Below, one piece after another: positions 50,466-64,000 of a DNA stretch of 64,000 nucleotides. Each line of letters opens with the position of its first letter. Positions within the stretch are counted from its first letter, which is position 1. A program made the translations under genes and the position numbers. The stretch lies in NCBI RefSeq assembly GCF_006345805.1, contig NC_042997.1, positions 212,288,001-212,352,000 on the forward strand, given 5' to 3'. The notes under the pieces were generated by a model. It worked only from the letters and a program-made list of their open reading frames with translations. It searched no databases and had not been told where the DNA came from. Source of the stretch: Octopus sinensis. Lineage: Eukaryota.

Positions 50466-51667
50466 TTATGAATCTTTGTTATCTGAAGAATGTTGTCAAT
50501 GAACTATTGTATAAGATTAGAATAATTCCTGTTAATTGAGGAAATGGTATGAATTGCCATTGTTTAGAAACTTCCATCTCTACTGTTGGTGAGTATTCAT
50601 ACCTTTATCAACATGATGGCTTTCAGAGAGAGAAAGAAAGAGAGTACCTATGAATGGGTTAGTACCTGGGAATACCGTTATCATCAGCCATTTTACCTGT
50701 TAAACAAGGAATGATGCCAAAAAAGATCTAAGCAGCAGCTTTTTCATATAGAGTTCATAAAATGATGAAATACTAAAGAATTCCTCTGAAGCATTCTCAT
50801 AGAAAGGAGAACCGAACAGGCAATGCATATTTGGCACCTGCTTCCCTGCAGGATCAATAGATGCAGTTCTGCATCTTGCACAAAGACACAATGCAGTCAT
50901 AGAAACTTCCAAATGCTGTGCCAATAATTTGATGCCATATCTACTCAACCATTTCACTCCATAATCACTCTTTTACATAAAGCTACTGTTCTCGTTATCC
51001 GACTAATATCTTCATAAATCTTACCATTTCGCTGATTAACCTCCCTCTCTCTCCCTCTCTTTCTCTCTCTCTCTCTCTCTCCTTCTTCCTCTTTCCCCCT
51101 CCCCCTCTCCCACTCTAATAACTCCATCATCGGCAACTGCCTGCATGTTTCCTCCGACAATCAATCAGTCTAAACTCTATCTCAATAGATCAATGCTTTC
51201 TCTCTTTCTTCGCTACTTTTTCACTGATCATATTATGACCTGACTCTGGCTTTTTTGGGGGGTTTTTTTGTCTGTCTTTTCCCAGCATAATAATAATATA
51301 TAAAAAAAAAGAAAGTAATTCTCATTCAAATGCTGTTAATCTATTTTTCCATCTAATATTATTCTCATGCCCCAGTAACCAAACCATTCACCTCACCAAC
51401 ATCAACAAATATCATTCACCTTAATAGGCAAAGCTAAAACACCTTCAATTTCTCAATCACCATTTTAGTTTCGCTTTCTTTATCATTCTTCTGCCAAGAA
51501 TTGCTTCTCTGAATTTTAATAACAAATTCATCTCTCTCCCTCCCCCCACACCACGGCCCCCTTCCTGTTTCAACCCTGAAATCAACACTATCCCATGTTT
51601 TTACTCTAAGCATGTTGCTTAAACCTTTGTCCTGAAACTACCATTGTCGAGGATCTTACCATATTCA

Positions 51668-51900
51668 AGGCAGCGAGCTGGCAGAAACGTTAGCATGCTG
51701 GGTGAACTGCTTAGGGGTATTTCATCCACCGCTGCGTTCTGAGTTCAAATTCCGCCGAGGTCGTCTTTGCCTTTCATCCTTTCAGGGTCGATAAATTAAG
51801 TATCAGTTATGCACTGGGGTCGATGGAATCGACTTAATCCGTTTGCCTGTCCTTGTTTGTCCCCTCTGTGTTTAGCCCCTTGTGGGTAGTAAAGAAATAG
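51668..51900 (+). mobile_element. SINE family A
   Basis: GGCAGCGAGCTGGCAGAAACGTTAGC...GTAGTAAAGAAATAG. Confidence 0.88.
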
Positions 51901-52324
51901 GATCTTACCATATTCTTGGCTTGGTTTGCTAAAATTCTTAAGCATAATCTTCACTGAGTCTGTGCCTAGTTCTATGATGCAAACTTCTTTTAAAATTATT
52001 TCAATCAAAACCTTCCATCAGTATTTTGTGCTTATGTTTCAAACACCATCTTCATGGGAACAGTTCTTTCACTAAATTCTTCATTATTTAAAAAATTAAT
52101 TGCAACAACAGCAATGATTTAACAGAAATATGGCAAGTAAAGGATTAAACTGTCGAGATTGTTTTACATCCACACTTCCATGTTGGCATGGGTTAGCTGG
52201 ATATTCTAAAACAGTATTTTACTTTCAGATGTACTTCATCTTGCCTACCCTTTTCATCTGTGGAACCCCACATAAAACTGTGACACTCTTAGCAACAGCA
52301 ATGAATTATTATTCCATAACCCGC

Positions 52325-52586
52325 CACCCCGACTGGCCTTGTGCCGGTGGCACGTAAAAAGCACCATCTGTTCGTGTCCGTTGCCAGCCTCGTCTGGCAC
52401 CTGTGCAGGGGGCACGTAAAAAGCACCCACTACACTCACAGTGGTTGGTATTAGGAAGGGCATCCAGCCGTAGAAACACTGCCAGATTAGACTGGGCCTG
52501 GCGCAGCCTTCTGGCTTCACAGACCCCAGTTGAACCGTCCAACCCATGCTAGCATGGAAAGCGGACACTAAATGATGATGATGATG
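52325..52586 (+). mobile_element. RTE-like 3'-end element with (GAT)n tail
   Basis: Two modules, conserved body and tail. Confidence 0.85.
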
Positions 52587-53331
52587 AACCCTGCACAATA
52601 AACATTGAATAACAGAGGATATTGAGCTCTCTCTGTTACTGTTGAAATGGTGACTTTATTATTCCTTAACATTTGGCCAACTCTCAAGTTTTTTCTCCAA
52701 ATGATGTGGAGTTAATTAACAGCATAACATAATATATATCTGGGGTATTTATTAATTTATTCACCGTATATCTGCAAACAAATCACAAATTTATTGTCCA
52801 TTGTTTGCGCAGCAGTCAATAGATGGACTTTATTAAATTTACTTATTTCTAGTTGAGATTCATCATTTTCAGAACATAATAAATTGATTTTTTTTTTTTT
52901 TTTTTAAATTTATTTTTTTATTTAAATTTTTACTATCTGAAATATATTATCTTAAAAAATTTTTTTAAGCTTCTTCCAATAACCAATAAACATTTCATAT
53001 TCTAAGCAGGAATTTATCCAAACAATATTTATCAAGATTAACTAAATCAGATGAAATCTTGTTACTTTTGATCTTGTAATTGGTACATTCCACTGTTTGC
53101 CCTCAAAACATCAACTGACTCTTCAATAAAATTTTGAAGTTAAATATCAAAACTTTTAAAATGAAAAATTTGAAATAGAATATTGAAGCAGAAGTTGCTG
53201 TTGACTTTTGACAGGAATGATAGAATTGGTCAGGAATCCATGAAAAGGTTTATGGAATTTTGGTTTAAGTTAGTCCAGGATTCTAATTCACAGAATCAGT
53301 AAAACACTGGAATCAATGTTTCAAGGACTCT

Positions 53332-56300
53332 TCCATCCTCCACCATCCCTTCTCCAAATATGTCTTTCAGGGTAAATCTCCATCCTCCACCATCCTCCTC
53401 CATCCTCCATTCTCCACCATCCCTTTTCCAAATATGTCTTTCAGGATAAATCTCCATCCTCCTCCATCCTCCATTCTCCACCATCCTCCACCATCTCTTC
53501 TCCAAATATGTCTTTCAGGGTAAATCTCCATCCTCCACCATCCTCCTCCATCCTCCATTCTCCACCATCCCTTTTCCAAATATGTCTTTCAGGATAAATC
53601 TCCATCCTCCTCCATCCTCCATTCTCCACCATCCTCCACCATCTCTTCTCCAAATATGTCTTTCAGTGTAAATCTCCATCCTCCACCATTCTCCTCCATC
53701 CTCCACCATCCTCCACCATCCTCCTCCATCCTCCATTCTCCACCATCCTCCACCATCCCTTCTCCAAATATGTCTTTCAGGATAAATCTCCATCCTCCTC
53801 CATCCTCCATTCTCCACCATCCTCCACCATCTCTTCTCCAAATATGTCTTTCAGTGTAAATCTCCATCCTCCACCATTCTCCTCCATCCTCCACCATCCT
53901 CCTCCATCCTCCATTCTCCACCATCCTCCACCATCCCTTCTCCAAATATGTCTTTCAGGATAAATCTCCATCCTCCACCATCCTCCTCCATTCTCCACCA
54001 TTCTCCACCATCCCTTCTCCAAATATGTCTTTCAGTGTAAATCTCCATCCTCCACCATTCTCCTCCATCCTCCACCATTCTCCATCCTCCACCATCCCTT
54101 CTCCATATGATCTGTCGCAGATAAATCTCCACATCTCCTCCATCCTCCATTCTCCACCATCCTCCACCATCCCTTCTCCAAATATGTCTTTCAGGATAAA
54201 TCTCCATCCTCCACCATCCTCCTCCATTCTCCACGTATTCTCTTCTCCACCACCCTTCTCCAAATATGTTTTCAGTGTAAATCTCCATCCTCCACCATTC
54301 TCCTCTCCTCCATCCTCCACCATTCTCCATCTCCACCATCCTCCACCATCCCTTCTCCTAATAGGTCCTTTCAGGATAAATCTCCATCCTCCACCATCCT
54401 CCTCCATTCTCCACCACCATTCTCCACCATCCCTTCTCCAAATATGTCTTTCAGTGTAAATCTCCATCCTCCACCATTCCTCCTCCTCCTCCACCATTCT
54501 CCATCATCCTCCACCTCCCACCATCCCTTCTCCAAATATGTCTTTCAGGATAAATCTCCATCCTCCACCATCCGTCCTCCATTCTCCACCATTCCCTCCA
54601 CCACCATCCCTTCTCCAAATTGTCTTTCAGTGTAAATCTCCATCCTCCACCATTCTCCTCCTCCTCCTCACTCACCATTCTCCACCATCTCTCCACCATC
54701 CCTTCTCCTAATATGTCTTTCAGGATAAATCTCCATCCTCCCCATCCTCCTCCATTCTCCACCCATATCCCCTCCCTCTCCAATATTTCTTTCTTTCATG
54801 TGGAATAAATCTCATCTCCCCTCCTCCACCATTCTCCTCCATCCTCCACCATCCCTTCTCCAAATATGTCTTTCAGGTTAAATCTCCATCCTCCACCATC
54901 CTCCTCCATCCTCCATTCTCCACCATCCCTTTTCCAAATATGTCTTTCAGGATAAATCTCCATCCTCCTCCATCCTCCATTCTCCACCATCCTCCACCAT
55001 CTCTTCTCCAAATATGTCTTTCAGTGTAATCTCCATCCTCCACCATTCTCCTCCATCCTCCACCATCCTCCACCGTCCTCCTCCATCCTCCATTCTCCAC
55101 CATCCTCCACCATCCCTTCTCCAAATATGTCTTTCAGATAAATCTCCATCCTCCTCCATCCTCCATTCTCCACCATCCTCCACCATCTCTTCTCCAAATA
55201 TGTCTTTCAGTGTAAATCTCCATCCTCCACCATTCTCCTCCATCCTCCACCATCCTCCACCATCCTCCTCCATCCTCCATTCCCATCCCACCATCCTCAC
55301 CATCCCTTCTCCAATATGTCTTTCAGGATAAATCTCCATCCTCCACCATCCTCCTCCATTCTCCCCATTCTCCACCATCCCTTCTCCAAATATGTCTTTC
55401 AGTGTAAATCTCCATCCTCCACCATTCTCCTCCATCCTCCACCATTCTCCACCATCCTCCACCATCCCTTCTCCTAATATGTCTTTCAGGATAAATCTCC
55501 ATCCTCCTCCATCCTCCATTCTCCACCATCCTCCACCATCCCTTCTCCAAATATGTCTTTCAGGATAAATCTCCATCCTCCACCATCCTCCTCCATTCTC
55601 CACTATTCTCCACCATCCCTTCTCCAAATATGTCTTTCAGTGTAAATCTCCATCCTCCACCATTCTCCTCCATCCTCCACCATTCTCCACCATCCTCCAC
55701 CATCCCTTCTCCTAATATGTCTTTCAGGATAAATCTCCATCCTCCACCATCCTCCTCCATTCTCCACCATTCTCCACCATCCCTTCTCCAAATATGTCTT
55801 TCAGTGTAAATCTCCATCCTCCACCATTCTCCTCCATCCTCCACCATTCTCCACCATCCTCCACCATCCCTTCTCCAAATATGTCTTTCAGGATAAATCT
55901 CCATCCTCCACCATCCTCCTCCATTCTCCACCATTCTCCACCATCCCTTCTCCAAATATGTCTTTCAGTGTAAATCTCCATCCTCCACCATTCTCCTCCA
56001 TCCTCCACCATTCTCCACCATCCTCCACCATCCCTTCTCCTAATATGTCTTTCAGGATAAATCTCCATCCTCCACCATCCTCCTCCATTCTCCACCATTC
56101 TCCACCATCCCTTCTCCAAATATGTCTTTCAGTGTAAATCTCCATCCTCCACCATTCTCCTCCATCCTCCACCATCCCTTCTCCAAATATGTCTTTCAGG
56201 GTAAATCTCCATCCTCCACCATCCTCCATCCTCCTCCATCCACCATCCTCCACCATCCCTTCTCCAAATATGTCTTTCAGGGTAAATCTCCATCCTCCAC

Positions 56301-59220
56301 CATCCTCCACCATCCCTTCTCCAAATATGTCTTTCAGGGTAAATCTCCATCCTCCACCATCCCTTCTCCAAATATGTCTTTCAGGGTAAATCTCCATCCT
56401 CCACCATCCTCCATCCCTTCTCCAAATATGTCTTTCAGGGTAAATCTCCATCCTCCACCATCCTCCATCCTCCACCATCCCTTCTCCAAATATGTCTTTC
56501 AGGGTAAATCTCCATCCTCCACCATCCTCCATCCTCCTCCATCCTCCATCCTCCACCATCCTCCATCCTCCACCATCCCTTCTCCAAATATGTCTTTCAG
56601 GGTAAATCTCCATCCTCCATCCTCCACCATCCTCCACCATCCCTTCTCCAAATATGTCTTTCAGGGTAAATCTCCATCCTCCACCATCCTCCATCCTCCA
56701 CCATCCCTTCTCCAAATATGTCTTTCAGGGTAAATCTCCATCCTCCACCATCCTACATCCTCCACCATCCCTTCTCCAAATATGTCTTTCAGGGTAAATC
56801 TCCATCCTCCACCATCCTCCATCCTCCACCATCCCTTCTCCAAATATGTCTTCCAGGGTAAATCTCCATCCTCCACCATCCCTTCTCCAAATATGTCTTT
56901 CAGGGTAAATCTCCATCCTCCACCATCCTCCATCCTCCACCATCCCTTCTCCAAATATGTCTTTCAGGGTAAATCTCCATCCTCCACCATCCTCCATCCT
57001 CCACCATCCCTTCTCCAAATATGTCTTTCAGGGTAAATCTCCATCCTCCACCATCCCTTCTCCAATATCTCTTTCAGGGTAAATCTCCATCCTCCACCAT
57101 CCTCCATCCTCCACCATCCCTTCTCCAAATATGTCTTTCAGGGTAAATCTCCATCCTCCACCATCCCTTCTCCAAATATGTCTTTCAGGGTAAATCTCCA
57201 TCCTCCACCATCCTCCATCCTCCACCATCCCTTCTCCAAATATGTCTTTCAGGGTAAATCACCATCCTCCACCATCCTCCATCCTCCACCATCCCTTCTC
57301 CAAATATGTCTTTCAGGGTAAATCTCCATCCTCCACCATCCTCCATCCTCCACCATCCTCCATCCTCCACCATCCCTTCTCCAAATATGTCTTTCAGGGT
57401 AAATCTCCATCCTCCATCCTCCACCATCCTCCACCATCCCTTCTCCAAATATGTCTTTCAGGGTAAATCTCCATCCTCCACCATCCTCCATCCTCCATCC
57501 CTTCTCCAAATTGTCTTTCAGGGTAATCTCCATCCTCCACCATCCCTTCTCCAAATATGTCTTTCATGTCTTTCAGGGTAAATCTCCATCCTCCACCATC
57601 CTCCATCCTCCACCATCCCTTCTCCAAATATGTCTTCCAGGGTAAATCTCCATCCTCCACCATCCCTTCTCCAAATATGTCTTTCAGGGTAAATCTCCAT
57701 CCTCCACCATCCTCCATCCTCCACCATCCCTTCTCCAAATATGTCTTTCAGGGTAAATCTCCATCCTCCACCATCCTCCATCCTCCACCATCCTCCATCC
57801 TCCACCATCCCTTCTCCAAATATGTCTTTCAGGGTAAATCTCCATCCTCCACCATCCCTTCTCCAAATATGTCTTTCAGGGTAAATCTCCATCCTCCACC
57901 ATCCTCCATCCTCCACCATCCCTTCTCCAAATATGTCTTTCAGGGTAAATCTCCATCCTCCACCATCCCTTCTCCAAATATGTCTTTCAGGGTAAATCTC
58001 CATCCTCCACCATCCTCCATCCTCCTCACCATCCCTTCTCCAAATATGTCTTTCAGGGTAAATCACCATCCTCCACCATCCTCCATCCTCACCCTCCCTT
58101 CTCCAAATATGTCTTTCAGGGTAAATCTCCATCCTCCACCATCCTCCATCCTCCACCATCCCTTCTCCAAATATGTCTTTCAGGGTAAATCTCCATCCTC
58201 CACCATCCTCCATCCTCCACCATCCCTTCTCCAAATATGTCTTTCAGGGTAAATCTCCATCCTCCACCATCCTCCTCCATCCTCCATTCTCCACCATCCC
58301 TTTTCCAAATATGTCTTTCAGGATAAATCTCCATCCTCCTCCATCCTCCATTCTCCACCATCCTCCACCATCCCTTCTCCAAATATGTCTTTCAGGGTAA
58401 ATCTCCATCCTCCACCATCCTCCTCCATCCTCCATTCTCCACCATCCCTTTTCCAAATATGTCTTTCAGGATAAATCTCCATCCTCCTCCATCCTCCATT
58501 CTCCACCATCCTCCACCATCCCTTCTCCAAATATGTCTTTCAGGATAAATCTCCATCCTCCACCATCCTCCACCATCCTCCTCCATCCTCCACCATCCTC
58601 CACCATCCTCCTCCATCCTCCATTCTCCACCATCCTCCACCATCCCTTCTCCAAATATGTCTTTCAGGATAAATCTCCATTCTCCACCATCCTCCACCAT
58701 CCTCCTCCATTCTCCACCATCCCTTTTCCAAAATGTCTTTCAGGTAAATCTCCATCCTCCTCCATCCTCCATTCTCCACCATCCTCCTCCACCACCCTTC
58801 TCCAAATATGTCTTTCAGGATAAATCTCCATCCTCCACCATCCTCCACCATCCTCCTCCATCCTCCACCATCCTCCACCATCCTCCTCCATCCTCCATTC
58901 TCCACCATCCTCCACCATCCCTTCTCCAAATATGTCTTTCAGGATAAATCTCCATTCTCCACCATCCTCCACCATTCTCCTCCATCCTCCATCCTCCACC
59001 ATCCTCCACCATCTCTTCTCCAAATATGTCTTTCAGTGTAAGTCTCCATCCTCCACCATCATCCTCCATTCTCCACCGTCCTCCACCACCCTTCTCCATC
59101 CTCCATTCTCCACCATCCTTCACCATCCTCCACCCTCCTCCATCCTCCACCATCCTCCATCCTCCTCCATCCACCATCCTCCACCATCCCTTCTCCAAAT
59201 ATGTCTTTCAGTGTAAATCT
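53332..59220. repeat. 5.9-kb modular C/T-rich satellite
   Basis: Anchor CCATCCCTTCTCCAAATATGTCTTTCAG(GG/GA/TG)TAAATCT plus variable 7-bp (CATCCTC) and 10-bp (CATCCTCCAC) modules; 47-bp unit at 56321-56367. Confidence 0.97.
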
Positions 59221-61451
59221 GAATGATTCTGGTTTCTTTGTTTTTAGTTTTTGTTTGTTTTTCTTTCAAAACATTTTGAAAATTTTCGAGTTGTTTTGAA
59301 ATTTTGAGACATCCAGTGTTTTTAACTTATTCATATTCAAGTTTTGAGTCCAGGCTTAAAATCTCGTTATTGAGTTCGTTATATCTTCTAAATTAACATA
59401 GACACAACTCCATATTTGTTATTTTCTGTCTGTGTTTTGTCTAAGTTAGTATTTGTAGGAAGACTTTGCCGAATGTGGAGGGTTTAATTTGTCAGAAGCA
59501 TTGTTATTATTAGCTGTTCTCTCTAAACATTTTTCCACAAACAACAAAATGTTTGTAGTTAGATTAGGCAGTGGATCATCACTGTTTATTAATACTATTG
59601 AGGTTTAGTCCCTTCTTAACTCCCTATCTTCAGTTAACCACACACACACACACAGGACTTCTTTTTTTTAGTCTCCTTACATTTTTGACTCCATTGTCAA
59701 TTAAATCAACAAAGAAGCGTGTATGAGGCATGTAGTTTGCTAGAAATAACAAAATATTATTTAAATTACAGCCCATTTGAGGAAGGGACGATGGCTCAAA
59801 TAATGTCGCATCGTCATCATTCGCCCATCTTCCTTGGATGCTGGCATTGGTTGGGCCATTTGACAAGTGCAGGCAACTTAGAACGACCACACCAAACTAT
59901 GTGCTGTCTCTTTTCACATGGTTTCTATGGCCGGATGTCCTTCCTAATGCGAGCCACTTTACAAAATGTACTGGGTGCTTTTTGTGTGGTACCAGCACCA
60001 ACAGGATCACCAAGTACCTTACCGGACCTTTCAGCTGAGCTGGGGGAAGTAGTATTAAGGGAGAGAAAAATGTGTTTTGCATTAGAAGAGAATCCTGGCT
60101 ACGTGAGATGGTGAGAAAGGGGTGAGTTGGTGAAGATGTAACGGGGGGGGGGGCATACAGGAAAGTGTACGTAGAGAAGTGGACCAGGGGTTAGGGTAGG
60201 GAGGAGATAGTGGGTAGGCACAGGTAGAGTGGAAGTGGGGGTTTTAGGAGGATATGTTGTTGGGAAGAGATTGTATGCAGGTGGGTTCAGGAGGGAGAGT
60301 GGGAGATAGAGGACAGAGGAAAAACGGCAAGAAGTGAACATGGGTGGTGGGGAGAGGGAAGGATTTTGGAAGATGAGATACTGTGGGGAGAGGTTTGTTA
60401 GGGACCCATTGTGTGCTTTTTTGGCCTTCATTTTACTTGGTGGATGGATCTTCTCAAGGACAGCAAACTGTTGTCTCAATCCCTTGGCATCTCTGTGACA
60501 CTCAAACTCAGAAAAATCATTTCTCAACACTTTGTACCTCATCTTCCTGGCTATTCCTCGCTATCAATTCTCACATCTTCCTGGGTATTCCTCTTCCACT
60601 AGTTTCATCAGCATTTAGGGATCAACTCTTCTTTCTGCTGCTGTCCTCCTTATTCATACACATCACATGACCCCACACCTGCACAGTTCCCTCTCTTGCA
60701 CACCACGTCTGATGCCTTTTATATTCAATTATTCTCTCAAAATGCTTACACTTTGTTCTACAAACACACTGACATTGAAATTTTTCGTGTAGGTTGTATG
60801 GTTAAAATTAAATAGAGTTTTAATGTGGGAAAATGAGAAATATTGCTTTATTATTAAGGAATGCTGAGTTTTGATTGGATAAAAAATAAGTGACTCGGCT
60901 CATTAAGAATGCTCTGAGGGAATTTATCTTTTAATCTTAAGCTTAAACTATCTTGTATCAGGAGGATGTTCATATAGAATAAGATTAAGATGACTTAGCA
61001 GTTAGCCTTAAGAAAAAGTGATTTCTGTTGAAGGTGAACTATAATTTGAATTGAAGAAGTCTCGGGGAAATGGTGTCTCAGGAATGTTAATTGGTGAGGT
61101 TAGTTTAGAAGCTGTGAATTTTGGTGGGAGAGGTATTTACAGGAATTAAAACTAATTTATTTGGCCAAGGGCCAAAGGAAATATAATTTTTACAAATGAT
61201 GCTTAGGGAGGAGACGAAAGGGAGAGTAGCTGCAGAATAAAATACAGGAGTTCAAATAAATCACGAAATCTAGTTTAGCAAATCCTGAATTAATCTAAAC
61301 ATAGAAGACAAATGTAGAACCCCTGCCAAAGCAAAACACTGAAGCATAACGTAGTTCTCTAAACTGTCAGATCAAGTCAATGTCCAACCCATGCCAACAG
61401 GGAAGACAGATGCTAAAAGATAATGGTGATGATTGAATACAGATAATTAGA

Positions 61452-62835
61452 ATCATCATCATCATCATCATCATCGTTTAACGTCCGTTTTCCGAGCTAG
61501 CACGGGTTGGACGGTTCGACCTGGGTCTGGGAAGCCAGGGGCTGCACCAGGCTCCAGTCTGATCTGGCAGTGTTTCTACAGCTGGATGCCCTTCCTAACG
61601 CCAACCACTCCACGAGTGTAGTGGGTACTTTTTACGCGCCACCTGCACAGGTGCCAGGGGGGTCTGGCATCGGCCACGATCGGTTGGTGCTTTTAACGTG
61701 CCCTGGCATCGGCCACGTTCGGATGGTGCCTTTTATGTGCCACCGGCACTGAAGCCAGTCGAGGCGGCGCTGGCATCGGCCACGTTCGGATGGTGCTTTT
61801 TATGTGCCACTGGCACTGAAGCCAGTTGAGGTGGCACTGGCATCAGCCAAGTTCGGATGGTGCTTTTTATGTGCCACCGGCACTGAAGCCAGTCGAGGCG
61901 GCGCTGGCATCGGCCACGTTCGGATGGTGCTTTTTATGTGCCACCGGCACTGGAGCCAGTCGAGGCGGCGCTGGCATCGGCCACGTTCGGATGGTGCTTT
62001 TTATGTGCCACCGGCACTGAAGCCAGTCGAGGTGGCACTGGCATCGGCCACGTTCGGATGGTGCTTTTTATGTGCCACCGGCACTGAAGCCAGTCGAGGC
62101 AGCACTGGTATCGGCCACGTTCGGATGGTGCTTTTTATGTGCCACCGGCACTGGAGCCAGTCGAGGTGGCGCTGGCATCGGCCACGTTCGGATGGTGCTT
62201 TTTATGTGCCACCGGCACTGGAGCCAGTCGAGGCGGCGCTGGCATCGGCCACGTTCGGATGGTGCTTTTTATGTGCCACTGGCACTGAAGCCAGTCGAGG
62301 TGGCACTGGCATCGGCCACGTTCGGATGGTGCTTTTTATGTGCCACCGGCACTGAAGCCAGTCGAGGCGGCACTGGCATCGGCCACGTTCAGATGGTGCT
62401 TTTTATGTCCCACCGGCACTGGAGCCAGTCGAGGCGGCGCTGGCATAGGCCACGTTCGGATGGTGCTTTTTATGTGCCACCGGCACTGAAGCCAGTCGAG
62501 GTGGCACTGGCATCGGCCACGTTCGGATGGTGCTTTTTATGTGCCACCGGCACTGAAGCCAGTTGAGGCAGCACTGGTATCGGCCACGTTCGGATGGTGC
62601 TTTTTATGTGCCACCGGCACTGGAGCCAGTCGAGGTGGCGCTGGCATCGGCCATGTTCGGATGGTGCTTTTTATGTGCCACCGGCACTGGAGCCAGTCGA
62701 GGTGGCGCTGACATCGGCCACGTTCGGATGGTGCTTTTTATGTGCCACCGGCACTGGAGCCAGTCGAGGTGGCGCTGGCATCGGCCACGTTCGGATGGTG
62801 CTTTTTATGTGCCACCGGCACTGGAGTCAGTCGAG
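61452..62835 (-). mobile_element. RTE-like 3'-end element whose internal module has expanded into a tandem array
   Basis: (ATC)n tail and conserved body at 61452-61700 run directly into the array. Confidence 0.9.
61706..62835. repeat. 67-bp CpG-rich minisatellite, ~17 copies
   Basis: GCATCGGCCACGTTCGGATGG starts at 61706, 61773 ... 62778 (1072 bp = 16 x 67). Confidence 0.97.
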
Positions 62836-63288
62836 ATTGTGCATCAGTGAGTTAAAAGACTGCAGATGGGGAATAAGACAAGCAGTTGGATTATGGATGG
62901 AAGATGAAGAAATCATAGAGAAATGTCTATTAATCAGATAGATTACAGGTGAATAAAAGGGGAGTATTACAGGTTGAGTGTTAAATTTTGACAGCTTGCC
63001 ACATGGTGAGGAAGTAACTGCCATACACTGACTGACTGGTTTATCTCATGTGGAGACATACTTAATCACCCAACCACACTGTTTAGAAGGTAGCTTTAGA
63101 CAATATCAATTTACACCCAAGTTATCAGGTAAACCTTTCAAAATAGTTCCAATGGAGAACAGCATTGGTGACTAGGTGCGACTATTTCTTTGACTTCATT
63201 TGAAATTTCTTAACAGAAACCTTAAATTACTTAGTAAAACAATAAACTCTCTTATTTCAAAAATCTCTTTTCCAAGTACATACCTATC

Positions 63289-63327
<39 letters not shown>

Positions 63328-64000
63328 ACAAGATAAGGGCAGAAGAAAAATTCTAATGCCAGATGTGACGAAAACAAGAAATTGTCAATAACCATTAAAT
63401 TTATGTGTCTCGAAACAAACCGAAAGAAATCTCTAAAAAATTCGTTATTACCGTATTGGTCCAATTTCGGGCTTAATTCACAAGAAATTTTCCCCTCCTC
63501 AGCGACACATATGCGAGATATAAATGAAATACTTATTCATACCCACGGAAGAAGCAAGCACCAAGTCCCGAGCAGACTTAAGTACCCCAAATATAGCTGG
63601 CTATTGATAGAATTTTATCCTATATCAATTATATATATATATATGCATATATATATATATAAATGTCACTTTATTGAATAGTGACATTTTGCCCCCTTGG
63701 AGTAAACAGCCTGACCAGCCACAAAGAGATCAACAAAAAAATGTTTTCTTCTTTCTCTCCCTTTTCTTCCTTTCCTTCTTTTTCTTTAACACTTCCTTCA
63801 GATACACACACACATATGCACACACACACACACACACATGCTCTCTCTCACTTTCTCCCCATTCATCACCATCTTGTACTATCTTATATCCCTCCCCACC
63901 ACTACACACTCAATAACACTATAAAAATAGTCTAATTTTCCCCAAGAACTTAGTTCAATTTGAAAACTCCACTAGAATGGACGAAAGCGCTAATATATGA

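Noticed and set aside
53296-59226. Dozens of ORFs of type MEKGWWRMVEDGG or HPPPSSILHH
   Set aside because: They are translations of the satellite in overlapping frames on both strands, with periodic stops.
61706-62835. CRISPR-like array or repeat protein (ORFs up to 183 aa)
   Set aside because: No unique spacers, no cas genes, eukaryotic context; the units derive from a dispersed retroelement module.

Overview
This is AT-rich eukaryotic, repeat-dense DNA. The SINE/MITE/LINE families and the many (TA)n/(CA)n/(GAT)n microsatellites look like an octopus (coleoid cephalopod) genome; this is inferred from recalled repeat consensus sequences, not from a search. I cannot support any intact host protein-coding gene: the supplied ORFs are mostly repeat translations or TE debris. 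The window holds several tRNA-derived SINE families, about a dozen copies of an RTE-like 3'-end element with a (GAT)n tail, TTAA-flanked piggyBac-type MITEs, and decayed RTE, CR1/L2-group and hAT coding relics. It also has a 5.9-kb modular C/T-rich satellite (53.3-59.2 kb) and a 17 x 67-bp CpG-rich array (61.7-62.8 kb). The most interesting signal is a set of minimal type I hammerhead-ribozyme motifs of the Penelope-like-element kind. One has an intact core and sits in a tRNA-headed non-autonomous element (13067-13110). One variant (U4C core, palindromic stem III) occurs in every unit of a ~537-bp tandem/inverted array (43.7-45.7 kb), and further decayed motifs lie at 40.7 and 43.5 kb. Together they suggest an octopus retrozyme-like or Penelope-parasite system. 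A perfect 152-bp palindrome, apparently copied from a donor 800 bp away into a SINE, is a clear template-switch scar. Coordinates were read by eye and are approximate unless bases are quoted.
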